DNA of 21,876 nucleotides, from positions 1-21,876 of the forward strand of contig JBFGLM010000068.1 in NCBI GenBank assembly GCA_041576165.1. Direction: 5' to 3'. Position numbers and translations under genes: made by a program. Under the pieces are notes generated by a model. It was not told the DNA's origin. It did not search any database and was given only the letters and a program-made list of their open reading frames with translations. Below are positions 1 to 9,300 of this stretch, one piece after another (the first letter of the stretch is position 1; each line of letters begins with the position of its first letter). This stretch comes from Acidimicrobiia bacterium. GTDB taxonomy: Bacteria; Actinomycetota; Acidimicrobiia; Spongiisociales; Spongiisociaceae.

Positions 1-2
1 CC

Positions 3-2387
3 GGTTCGACCGCGGCCTTGGCCGGTGCTGCCACCGTCACACCGACGTTCGTGCCCGATCTGCCCGGCGACTACACGATCGAGTTGACGGTGGACGACGG
101 GAACGGCGGCAGCGCAACCGACACGGTGACCGTAACGGCCGAGGCGATCGGGATGACGATCTCGCTCGAGGACGCCCTCATCGGCGTTGGTCGTTCCACC
201 AACGGCACGATCACGCTGGACAATCCGGCACCTCCGGGTGGGATCACGGTGACGCTATCGCTCGACACCGGCATCGCCACCGTCGATCCGAGCGAGGTTC
301 CGATCGCTGCCGGTTCCACCGAGGGCACGTTCCTGCTCACTGGGCTGTCCGTCGGCACGACCACGATCACGGGAACGTCGCCGGCCACTGAGACGGCCGC
401 CGCCGACGTAGAGGTCACCGACTTCTTGATCTCGATCGACGACATCCCCGTCATCGCTCCTGACGAGTCCGCTGACCTCCCGGTCAGCATCACCAAGCCG
501 GCACCTCCGGGGGGACTGACGATCACCCTCGAGAGCCTCGATCCGTCGATCGCCATCACGGATGCAACGACTTTCATCCCCGAGGGCCTGCAGGTGCCGG
601 CCGCCAACCCGCAGATCACCGGCATCGACTTCGGCACCACGCAGATCCGCGCGACCGCGCCCACCTTCGCTCCCGACTTGCGCGACGTCACTGTCGCACT
701 GACCGTGACGCTGTCGCCGGACCAGCTCGACCTCCCCGAGCAGTGGACGCTGCAGGTTTCCGCCCAGCTGTCGGCGCCGGCGCCTTCGGGTGGGGTGACG
801 CTGCAACTGACGGTTGACGATACTGCGATCGCGACCGTTGCTGCCACCGCGTTCATTCCCGCAGGACAGACGTTGAGTGGTCCGATCAACGTCACTGGCG
901 GGCTCCAGGGCTCCACGATCCTGCGGGGAGGTGGCCCCGGACTTGTCGAAGGCACCGCGATCATCAACGTGGTTGATACACCGGATGTGTATTTGGCGAC
1001 ACAGGGCGGCAGCAATACGTGGGTGTATCGGTATCCGTATGTGGTCGGGTTTGAGCTCCAAGACATCGCACGGGTGCGGTTTGAGGTGTTGCCACCGGAG
1101 CCGGTCGACGTGGTGGCCTCGGTCCCGCCTGGTTCGGGTGTGCTGTTGTCGTTGTCGCCGACCGACGCGGGGTCCGAGTCGCTGTTGGTGGGCACTGACG
1201 TAACGGGGATCCTCACTCCCATCTTCTACGTGCAGGGCCTTATCGAAGGTGACAACGTCGACGATGACGTGCCGGTCACGATCGATGTCTATGCCACGGG
1301 CACTACCAACCCGGTTGGCTTCGAACAAGCCGACCGACCGTCAGCGGTCGATGTGGGACCCTCCGGCTTCTTCTTCTCTAGCGGTGCCGACTTCGATACG
1401 ACGACCTTCTCGCCGAACGAGGAGATTGCTGTGTTGTCGTGGTTGTTGCACGACGGGGAGACCGACCCGATCTACAGCCGTCGCGACCGCCAACAGGTGC
1501 GAGGCGGCCACACCGTCACCATCGACCCCACCAACAGCAACCTCGTGGTTGGTGTCGTCGTCACCCCAGCTGTGTTCAGCGGCGCGACCGACAACATTGT
1601 CCCGCTGATCTTCGATGGTCTCATCCCCGGCACCACCACGTTGACGATCGTCCAACCCCCCGGACACTCCCTCGCCACCAACCTCTCCGCCACCCGCAAC
1701 GTCAACGTTGACGCCCCCGACGTCTGGCTCTCCGAGTCTTCGTCTTCGCAACGGATTTCCAATGAGATCATCGGACGTGATCTGCAGGTGGACCGTCGGA
1801 TTCGGCTCGAAGTCGCACCACCCGCCCCAGGCGTCGACGTCACGATCGAAGTCGCCGACTCAGCGGTGGCATTGGTCTCCATCGATCCAGCGGCCGCCGG
1901 AGCCGGGTCGATCACTTTTCCACTCGTGACAGGCACCTTCACGCCGGTGTTCTACGTCCAGGGCCTGACCGTGAACCAGGGGACGGAACTGCGTATCACC
2001 GCACCGGGATACGACCAGTGGACCACCTCCGTTCAAGTCGTAGACTCCGGTTTCTACATGGCGCCGAGCGGGGAATTCACCACCACCGTCGACGCCACCA
2101 ATCGGCTGATTCGAGTTCGTCCCGCGTCGCTCGACTCGTTGCAGCGCGTCGACGAGAACCAGATGGTGCGCGGTGGCACCACTCCGTCCGTCGAAGTTGC
2201 GTCCTCGGACACCGCAGTCGGGGTGATCACGATCAGCCCGCTGGTGTTCACCGGCGCCGAGGACTACGTGGACACATGGTTCGATCCGCTCGCTGCTGGC
2301 ACAACGACGATCTCGATCACGCAACCGCCCGGCTTCCTGCCGCCGGCCGGCAGGACATCAGTGGTAGCCACCGTCGAACCGGTTTGA
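3..2387 (+). CDS. Large cell-surface protein, 5'-truncated: end of a PKD domain, three Ig-like repeats, then two tandem ~245-aa modules
   Basis: Frame is open from the window edge. Contains the PKD-type motif PTFVPDLPGDYTIELTVDDGNGGSATDTVTVT, three repeats of PAPxGG(I/L/V)T(V/I/L)xL, and a duplicated module (PDVxL...TPxFYVQGL...SGF...QxVRGG...FDxLxxGTTT). Thr/Val/Pro-rich, beta-strand-like composition. Confidence 0.85.
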   Translation, partial: GSTAALAGAATVTPTFVPDLPGDYTIELTVDDGNGGSATDTVTVTAEAIGMTISLEDALIGVGRSTNGTITLDNPAPPGGITVTLSLDTGIATVDPSEVPIAAGSTEGTFLLTGLSVGTTTITGTSPATETAAADVEVTDFLISIDDIPVIAPDESADLPVSITKPAPPGGLTITLESLDPSIAITDATTFIPEGLQVPAANPQITGIDFGTTQIRATAPTFAPDLRDVTVALTVTLSPDQLDLPEQWTLQVSAQLSAPAPSGGVTLQLTVDDTAIATVAATAFIPAGQTLSGPINVTGGLQGSTILRGGGPGLVEGTAIINVVDTPDVYLATQGGSNTWVYRYPYVVGFELQDIARVRFEVLPPEPVDVVASVPPGSGVLLSLSPTDAGSESLLVGTDVTGILTPIFYVQGLIEGDNVDDDVPVTIDVYATGTTNPVGFEQADRPSAVDVGPSGFFFSSGADFDTTTFSPNEEIAVLSWLLHDGETDPIYSRRDRQQVRGGHTVTIDPTNSNLVVGVVVTPAVFSGATDNIVPLIFDGLIPGTTTLTIVQPPGHSLATNLSATRNVNVDAPDVWLSESSSSQRISNEIIGRDLQVDRRIRLEVAPPAPGVDVTIEVADSAVALVSIDPAAAGAGSITFPLVTGTFTPVFYVQGLTVNQGTELRITAPGYDQWTTSVQVVDSGFYMAPSGEFTTTVDATNRLIRVRPASLDSLQRVDENQMVRGGTTPSVEVASSDTAVGVITISPLVFTGAEDYVDTWFDPLAAGTTTISITQPPGFLPPAGRTSVVATVEPV

Positions 2388-2398
2388 CCACCATTCGT

Positions 2399-2427
2399 CC
2401 CTGCGCGCCCCCGGTGGGCGCGCAGGG
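2399..2427 (+). terminator. GC-rich hairpin just after the surface-protein stop; probable terminator or RNA-stabilising stem
   Basis: Perfect 12-bp stem CCCTGCGCGCCC/GGGCGCGCAGGG with a 5-nt loop, 11 nt after TGA. No U-tract. Confidence 0.55.
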
Positions 2428-3080
2428 CGGAAATGAGGGTCGAGTAGGCGGCGTACGATCGCCCACCGCCGTTGCGGGCCTTCAAGCACCTCGCGAAGCG
2501 GTCGGACCGGCGGCGGGGGCGAAAGGCGGGACATTCTGGAGGCTCGAAGCGCCTCATCGCGCGTACCCAACCATCCAAAGAATCACCGGACAATGACGCC
2601 GTGGTCGGCGGATTGCCCGCCAGAGACATCGGTGATCAAGACGATATGTGTAGTCAGCTAGCTGTTTCATGCGATGTAAGCGCGGTTCAGCGATTCGGTG
2701 GTGATCAATCTTCCTCCCCGTCCGCATCGGGGCCGCGTTCCACTCGAAGATTATCGCTCGGCGCCTGTCGGTTCGTGCAACGCGTGGACGCGGTCTCGAA
2801 GACTCATCCCCAGGAACTCACCAAAGCCTCTATCCCGGCGAGCCGCTGCCTGGGAATAGTTGGAGGTGAGGGGGTCTCACGAGGTGGGTGAGGCCCCAAG
2901 CTCGCGATTGGGGCCGGCCCCCGCAGGCTCGCGAAAGGGGCTGCATGGTTGGGCTGCATGGAACCTCGACGCCCGTCGCTACTGAAGTCTTCCGTCTGGG
3001 AATAATGACCCATCGGGACACTGCACGCGGCAGCTCATCCCGCGGGCCGTTGTAAGCGCGCTCGAGGAAGGAGGACACCA

Positions 3081-4700
3081 ATGCGCTCTCGGAAACTCGC
3101 ACTTTTGTGCGTGGCCCTCGTTGTGGCCACGCTCCCAACAACACCCGCACTGGCCGCGCCTGGCGATCTCGACCAGACGTTCGGCGTCGGTGGCAGGGTG
3201 ACCACTGACCTCGGCGGATCGGCCGATAGTGCCTTTCGGGCGGTGCTGCGCCCGACAGGGGAGATCCTGGTCGGCGGAATCGTATCTTCGACGACTGACA
3301 TCGGAGTCGTTCAGTATCACCCGGATGGATCCGTCGATACGGCATTCGGGGTGGCTGGGTTGGCGTCCGTGAACCTCGGAGCAGATGATCAGGGAATCGC
3401 GACCATGGTTCAGCTCGATGGCAAGGTTGTGGTTGCCGGACATACGACGATCGCGGGGCCTCGTGACTGGGTCGTCGTGCGGTTCAATGCCGACGGCTCG
3501 CTCGACACGTCCTTCGGGACGAACGGCTCAGTAACCACGGATTTTGCGGGTGAAGATCAGCTGAACGATGGGCTTCTCCAGCCAGACGGCAAGATCGTCG
3601 TGGCTGGCTTTTCCAGTCCAGCGGGTAGGAGATGGGCGCTGGCCCGTTATAACAGCGACGGCAGTCTTGACACGTCATTCGGCGCCGGGGGCAAGGTAAC
3701 GACCGCGGTTGGCGGCTCCGATCAGATCGTGCGTGCGATTGCCCTTCAAGCAGACGGCAAGATCGTTGCTGCCGGATTCGATGGAAGCAACGTCGTGGTG
3801 GGGCGTTACCTGACGAACGGCGTGCTCGACGGAACCTTCGGCACGGCCGGGATCGTCGTCACCGACATCGCAGGTAGCGGCCGCGACCTTGGCTTCGCAG
3901 TCGCCGTCCTGGAGTCGGGCCACATCCTGGTCGGCGGCATGGCAAACAACGCCGATTTCGCTTTGCTCCGCTACCAGGCCGATGGGACGTTGGATGCGAG
4001 CTTCGGCTCAGGCGGCATCGTCACCACAGATTTCGGATTCGGTCAGGACATCATCTACGCGCTGAGCGAGCTGCCCAACGGGCAGTATCTGACAACGGGC
4101 GAGGCGCGTGCGCCGGCGCGCTCGTTCGGGATCGCTCTTTACAACAATGACGGGACTTTGGATGCCGGATTCGGTTCGGGCGGCTTGGTGACAACTGACT
4201 TTGGTGGCGACCTGGCCGTGTCCCGAGATGTGGTTGTCCAGCCAGACAACAAGGCGCTCGTGGTTGGCGTCACAATCGCCAGCGGCAACGCCGACTTTGC
4301 GTTGGCCCGCTACTTGCTCAACCGGGATCCGATAGAGATCGACATCAAACCCGGTGCGATCACGCTCCAGTTGGTGGACGGAGGCTTGATTGTGGCCGAT
4401 CCCGAGGCGCTCAAGGTCATCGCCTTCGGGTCTGACGACTTTGACATGGCCACCATCGACCCGACCACGGCGCGGCTGAAGGATCCAGCACTCGGCCCCG
4501 AAGTGGCCGCCTTCAAGTGGAAGTTCAAGGAAAAGAACGGTGACGGCATCATCGACCTGGTGCTCCGATTCCGTCCCGCCGATCTGCTTGGAGCAGGCGG
4601 GCTTGACGAGTTCACCTCGACGTTCGAGCTGACCGCAACATCGTTCGACGGTGTTCCCATGGTCGGGTCGGGTCCGATAGAAGTGATGATCGGCGAATAG
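3081..4700 (+). CDS. Secreted delta-60 repeat (DUF5122-type beta-propeller) protein with a C-terminal IDIKPG...NGDGxxDL domain
   Basis: RBS GAAGGAGG before ATG; Sec signal ending PALA-A; about 7 repeats of (L/F)ARYxxDGxLDxxFGxxGxVxTD...QxDGKIVVAG. Confidence 0.9.
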   Translation: MRSRKLALLCVALVVATLPTTPALAAPGDLDQTFGVGGRVTTDLGGSADSAFRAVLRPTGEILVGGIVSSTTDIGVVQYHPDGSVDTAFGVAGLASVNLGADDQGIATMVQLDGKVVVAGHTTIAGPRDWVVVRFNADGSLDTSFGTNGSVTTDFAGEDQLNDGLLQPDGKIVVAGFSSPAGRRWALARYNSDGSLDTSFGAGGKVTTAVGGSDQIVRAIALQADGKIVAAGFDGSNVVVGRYLTNGVLDGTFGTAGIVVTDIAGSGRDLGFAVAVLESGHILVGGMANNADFALLRYQADGTLDASFGSGGIVTTDFGFGQDIIYALSELPNGQYLTTGEARAPARSFGIALYNNDGTLDAGFGSGGLVTTDFGGDLAVSRDVVVQPDNKALVVGVTIASGNADFALARYLLNRDPIEIDIKPGAITLQLVDGGLIVADPEALKVIAFGSDDFDMATIDPTTARLKDPALGPEVAAFKWKFKEKNGDGIIDLVLRFRPADLLGAGGLDEFTSTFELTATSFDGVPMVGSGPIEVMIGE

Positions 4701-5509
4701 GAGACGACGCCAGGCGCCCATCGGAGAATGCGGTGACGACTCCGCACGGGTCGGCGCTACCGCACACTCGTCCGAGCCGCTGACGGGTGGGCTCGAGCCT
4801 GGACCCGCCGCAACCAATCCTTCTGGCGCGCCTTCGTTCCGCTATCAGAGACTCTGGATAGCGCCTCGCCCTCGCAGGCTGGACCCGTGCTGGTATGTTC
4901 TCCGCGTTGCAACACCTCCTCTCAGTCAGAGAGGATGTCGCGACACGTCGCGGCCTCCTCCTTGTGTATACAGGCAGGAGAACGCGCCGCTGAATCCGAG
5001 CCAGAAAAAGGGACCCGTCAGATCGCCCAGAACGTCTTCTTTGCGCTCCGCCGGCCTTGCGATATACCGAGACACGCGGCCGCCTACGAGGCCAGGTTTA
5101 GGCACTGTTACAGCGCGGCAAATCAAGTAAAGGCGAGAGCGATAGTTAGCCTAAACAGAGTACAGTTGGCAGCGATGTATACAAGATGACAGCCGAGCAT
5201 GGTCGAAGTCGGGGCGGTGCGAAGATGTGCCATGCCCGTTTCGAGCTAATGAAATCGAGGCGATGCCGGGGCGGACGACAATCCGAACCAGACAGGATCA
5301 CTTCCAGCGACTGGCGATCTAACGACGTATCACGAAAGGTCAGCACCTGAGGCGCATCTCGCTCGGCCACGGCGTGCTTGGGAAAGCGAACGAAGGCGTA
5401 GCGCAAGAAATCCCAGGCGATCGGCATTGAGTGTGGCCAGGCGGCCGCCGAGGACTCGGCTTGATCATCCTCGGCAGTCGCCAGACCTCTCGTTTTCCAA
5501 CCTCGATGT

Positions 5510-7696
5510 TTACGCTGGAACGGACTGCTCGTGCGTCTGTTGTTCGAGCCCGACGGGGGCGAAGACGAGATCCCCCACTATGGCACGGAAGTGCGTGAGG
5601 CCCCTCCCCATGTCGTACACCCTCACCGTGCTGGGAGCAGCTTTCCGGTGGAAGAAGTAGTTGTGGACGATGTGGACCTCGAGTGTGGTGGCGGAGCCGT
5701 TGGTCTTCGGCTGGGTACGACATGACCGCTGGCTCGGGCCGGTGGCGCAGGCTCCAAGGGATGGGTTGAGCACCGCGCCGACCGCCACCCCTTCCGGGTC
5801 ATCCACCGTGACCACGTAGGCGTGGCCTGGGGTGCCTGCAATCGAGAACACACTGTTGGACGGCGGTTCATTCCAGCGGACGGTCTTTTCGAAGACAACC
5901 GTTCCCGCGGCCGACACGAAGAGCTCTGCATAGCCAGCTGCGCTGAGCGCCGACATGCCCAGGGGAGTTGGTCCTGGTGGGGTCGTGTTCCAGAACTGGA
6001 CCGGTTGCCCGGCGTAGACGACTTGTTCTAGCAACCCCAATCCACTCGAATTGATGCTCAGCAGCACTCCATCTGCTTTGCGTGATGCGTTGGCGGCGAA
6101 GAACGGCGTGCCCCCCAGATCTTCGACGAAAGAGAAGACTTCGAGTTCCAGGTCAGAGGGAATCTCAGGTATGACCGCAGCCAGGCACGGCAGGAAGGCC
6201 GACCATGCCTCGTCGAGACCGAGATGCCCAGATCCACTTGCCGCAACGTTCCATTGCGGGTTGTCGTAATCATCGCTCGGGGGTGGCACGGTCGCGCTGA
6301 ACGCACCAAGCGGCACGCCCGCCGTGGCACCTACTCCCACGGATGCTCTGGCGAAGTCGACCGAGATACCCTCGACACCGAAGACACCGAAACCGAGCGC
6401 AGCGGTCGCCCCGATACGTGCTTCGGCTCCGACGCTCAGATTGCCACTCGCCGAAACGAGCGCAGGTGGTTGGACATCGGGACTCGACGACGCCGTCTGC
6501 GACGACGCGTTAGTCCAGCCTTCGCCTTCTGTGTAGCGGATGCCGTAAGTCCCGCTTGCGCCGTATGTGATGCTGGCGGCTCGCAGCGTGGCAGAGCCCT
6601 CGAGCGTGGCGGACCCTTCGACGTGGACGTTCGGGGTGACCGTGGGGTGCACGGTGAACGGGCCGATCGCCAACGGCGGCATCGCAATCTCAGGAATGTC
6701 CACGGCACACACGAATCGCCCGGTGCCCGTGCCGGTCACGTCGACAAGAGGACCAGTGATGCTCAAGTCGGTGGTGACATCGACCGCGAACTCCAACTCC
6801 TGGACGACGCCGCCGCCTACCGAGATGTGGCCGCGGGGGACAATCCGCACCGGTATGTCGGCGAGGTCGACCAACCCGACATCGACCGAGATCTCGCCCA
6901 TCACGGTGCAGTAATCGTTGAGATCGATCTCCCCCGAAATGGCGTGATCATCGAGGAAGTCGCCAACGAGGCGCGAGGCGAACTCGTCGAAGGCGTCCGC
7001 AAGACCTGCCTTCCCCAAGGTGACGATCAGCCGATCCTGCGTCGGCTCGACGTGCTCGACCTGGCCGAGGATGCCATCACAATCGGCGCTAGGCACGCCG
7101 CTGGCAACATAGCCACCTCGTTCAATTCGTTCGTTGTTTGGGTGCCGGAGCAATACGACCGCGTTGGGCCCCGGGCCGACCTCGCCGCAAGCGATCGTTC
7201 CCGGCTCCACGATGACGGTGCCCGAACCTGGGTCTGCCACCGTCACTGAAACGGCGGTGGTCACCTCACCGTAGGTCGCGGTGACTATGGCCCAGCCCAC
7301 CGACGACCCTGGGCTCACCTTGACGGTGTTCTCGTCTGGGCTCAGCTCGACAACGTCGGCCGGGTCCGCGTCGCTGACCGTCCACTCCACGACTGCGTCA
7401 GGCTCTTCGATTGAGGCCGTGAAGATTGTGGCGTCGCCTCCGGGTGTCAGAATCGCCGAAAGCGGCGTAACGGCGATCGACATTACCGGCGTGGGCGATT
7501 GGGCGGGTTCGGACAACCCTGCCGCTGGCCGTTGCGGCCCCGGCTCGAGGTTGCCGATCTCCTCCGCCGGCGACGCACAACCCGCTGCAATCAATGCGAC
7601 CAGAGTTATCGCGGCGATTGCGCGCAGCAGGCTCTCGTAGGCCCCGGTTGCGTCTTGCCGCTCGGGACCAGGGCTCGACCTATTCAAAGCGGCCAT
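5510..7696 (-). CDS. Large putative lipoprotein with an Ig-like (Big_2-like) N-terminal domain; function unknown
   Basis: RBS AGGAGG upstream of ATG; hydrophobic segment ending in lipobox IAAG-C; Pro-rich linker; SIAVTP...VEWTVSD...AIVTATYG Ig-like pattern; beta-rich body. Confidence 0.75.
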   Translation of the reverse strand: MAALNRSSPGPERQDATGAYESLLRAIAAITLVALIAAGCASPAEEIGNLEPGPQRPAAGLSEPAQSPTPVMSIAVTPLSAILTPGGDATIFTASIEEPDAVVEWTVSDADPADVVELSPDENTVKVSPGSSVGWAIVTATYGEVTTAVSVTVADPGSGTVIVEPGTIACGEVGPGPNAVVLLRHPNNERIERGGYVASGVPSADCDGILGQVEHVEPTQDRLIVTLGKAGLADAFDEFASRLVGDFLDDHAISGEIDLNDYCTVMGEISVDVGLVDLADIPVRIVPRGHISVGGGVVQELEFAVDVTTDLSITGPLVDVTGTGTGRFVCAVDIPEIAMPPLAIGPFTVHPTVTPNVHVEGSATLEGSATLRAASITYGASGTYGIRYTEGEGWTNASSQTASSSPDVQPPALVSASGNLSVGAEARIGATAALGFGVFGVEGISVDFARASVGVGATAGVPLGAFSATVPPPSDDYDNPQWNVAASGSGHLGLDEAWSAFLPCLAAVIPEIPSDLELEVFSFVEDLGGTPFFAANASRKADGVLLSINSSGLGLLEQVVYAGQPVQFWNTTPPGPTPLGMSALSAAGYAELFVSAAGTVVFEKTVRWNEPPSNSVFSIAGTPGHAYVVTVDDPEGVAVGAVLNPSLGACATGPSQRSCRTQPKTNGSATTLEVHIVHNYFFHRKAAPSTVRVYDMGRGLTHFRAIVGDLVFAPVGLEQQTHEQSVPA

Positions 7697-8289
7697 CTGG
7701 GTTTCCTCCTGCTTGAGGTAGTGATGGGTGTTTGGTCGGCGTCACGGCGGCTGCCAAGTGCCGTGCGCCAGCTGGAGTCAGAAGCGCCTGTCTCCTGGCG
7801 CGGCCGTGACGCGGGAGATACGTCTACAGGGGTGGGTGTTGACCGATGGCGACCCTCCTGTGCTCGACACCCGATGCGAACCCGGTCTGACTCCCACACG
7901 AGACGTCAGGGGATGGGACAGAGGCTCTACACAGATGGGGAACGAATGGCCGAGGAGGCGAAATAGCGTCTCTCAGCAGAGGACAAGGAACAGGCGCACC
8001 CTGCCAGCGGTGGGGGTGCACTTGACGGGATCTGTGCGTCTCGCCGGTCGATTACCGGTACGGATACGCGATATATCGCGCCGCCGGAAGAAACTGTCAA
8101 GAGGGTGTTATCGCGTTTCTTGGGACCGCTGAATCGCGCCCGTAGGGCGTCAAGGGACAATCCCCGACTCTAAGGCGAAACGCTTCTCCACCAGATTCGC
8201 ATGAGGTGGTAGCCGCACTGGGCCATCACCGGTCCCTCACACCGGTTTCCCGATTTCTCAGTGTGAAAGGGCAGTCCAGCTAACGGGAA

Positions 8290-8922
8290 CTATTCGACGC
8301 GGCGGAGAACTGCCACGACGACGCCGAGGATCTCGACACCGTCGCTGAACACCATCGGTGGGTAATCCGGGTTCTCAGCCTTCAGGACCACGCGGCCATC
8401 GAGGCGCTGCAACCGCTTCACGGTGGCCTCCTCATCGTTGACCAGCGCGGCGACCAGTTGGCCGTCGCGGGCGGTGGGCTGGCGCCTCACCACCACGTAG
8501 TCGCGGTCGAAGATCCCGATGTCGATCATCGAGTCTCCTCGTACCCGCAGCATGAAGACGGGATCGTCGCCGACGAGCTCGGTCGGCAGCGGATAGATCT
8601 CCTCGATGTCTTCTTCCGCCAGGATGGGCGAGCCGGCGGCGATTCGGCCGACCAGCGGCACATCTCGGACCGGTGCTCGCAGCAGTGAGGCCTCGGTGTG
8701 ACCCGGGTCGATGACTTCGATCGCTCGGGGCTTGCTGGGATCCCTCCGGATGTAGCCCGCCTTCATGAGCGCGGAGAGATGACTGTGCACCGTCGATGGC
8801 GAGCTGAGGCCGATCGCATCACCGATCTCGCGCACCGTTGGTGGGTAGCCGCGCTCGTTGACCGTCTGCAGGATCACATCGAGGACCTGCTGTTGCCGGG
8901 TGGTGAGCGTCTTGTCGACCAT
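8290..8922 (-). CDS. lexA: SOS-response repressor LexA
   Basis: N-terminal LTxRQQQVL...GYPPTVREIG...SPSTVHSHL wHTH; IAAG autocleavage site; catalytic GDSM Ser and TVKR Lys. Start placed at ATG 8922 (MVDKTLT). Confidence 0.97.
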   Translation of the reverse strand: MVDKTLTTRQQQVLDVILQTVNERGYPPTVREIGDAIGLSSPSTVHSHLSALMKAGYIRRDPSKPRAIEVIDPGHTEASLLRAPVRDVPLVGRIAAGSPILAEEDIEEIYPLPTELVGDDPVFMLRVRGDSMIDIGIFDRDYVVVRRQPTARDGQLVAALVNDEEATVKRLQRLDGRVVLKAENPDYPPMVFSDGVEILGVVVAVLRRVE

Positions 8923-8954
8923 CTTCTTATCTCTTTCTGCTCTGGAGCGGCGGC

Positions 8955-9055
8955 TGGGCATCTGGTTTTGGGCGTCTGGTTTGGGCGTCTGGTTCTGGGG
9001 TGAGTCTGGTTCTGCGGCTGTTCGGTTATGGGGTCAATGGCTGGGCAACTGGTTT
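8955..9055. repeat. Imperfect short tandem repeat TGGGC(G/A)TCTGGTT, about 5 copies, in the lexA leader
   Basis: Copies at 8955-8968, 8969-8981, 8982-8995, 8996-9012 (degenerate) and 9042-9055. Confidence 0.8.
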
Positions 9056-9064
9056 CCGAACACC

Positions 9065-9070
9065 AGGGTA
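9065..9070 (-). promoter_or_regulatory. Putative -10 element (TACCCT) of the lexA promoter
   Basis: TANNNT on the minus strand; the expected -35 position overlaps SOS box 1, consistent with autorepression. Confidence 0.5.
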
Positions 9071-9090
9071 GGGGATTTTTCGCGACAAAC

Positions 9091-9104
9091 CAAACATATG
9101 TTCG
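9091..9104. promoter_or_regulatory. LexA (SOS/Cheo-type) box 1
   Basis: CAAAC-ATAT-GTTCG, one mismatch to CGAAC-N4-GTTCG. Confidence 0.85.
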
Positions 9105-9106
9105 AC

Positions 9107-9136
9107 TTGACATGCGAACATGCGTTCGCTTATGCT
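9107..9136 (+). promoter_or_regulatory. SigA-type promoter of the LysM gene, with SOS box 2 in its spacer
   Basis: TTGACA (9107-9112), 18-nt spacer, TATGCT (9131-9136). Confidence 0.8.
9115..9128. promoter_or_regulatory. LexA box 2
   Basis: CGAAC-ATGC-GTTCG, exact consensus. Confidence 0.9.
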
Positions 9137-9144
9137 GCTCAATC

Positions 9145-9158
9145 CGAACACATGTTCG
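9145..9158. promoter_or_regulatory. LexA box 3
   Basis: CGAAC-ACAT-GTTCG, exact consensus, just downstream of the predicted transcription start. Confidence 0.9.
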
Positions 9159-9208
9159 ATATAGCAACATCGAAGGTTCGACGATTTCGAACGATCGAGC
9201 CCCGAATC

Positions 9209-9230
9209 TGTCACAGCCGACGGATACGGT
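9209..9230 (+). promoter_or_regulatory. Candidate RecA-NDp/PafBC-type DNA-damage promoter
   Basis: TGTCAC-N10-TACGGT compared with consensus TGTCRG-N10-TANNNT: one mismatch, exact spacing. Confidence 0.55.
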
Positions 9231-9300
9231 GCCACCAGAGCTGGTGAGAGTCACGGCTCTCAGCGGCCTACACGGTAAGAAGCGAATGGAGGAGCCACCA

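Noticed and set aside
4986-5022. GCCGCTGAATCC...ACCCGTCAG resembling fragments of the c-di-AMP (ydaO) riboswitch
   Set aside because: The central conserved elements and required spacing are missing, and there is no downstream gene on that strand.
8955-9055. Short repeats as a CRISPR array
   Set aside because: Units are 13-17 bp and mostly adjacent, without unique spacers; no cas genes in the window.
9028-9300. N-terminal extension of the LysM ORF given in the ORF track
   Set aside because: It runs through the SOS boxes and promoter; the RBS supports a start at 9301.
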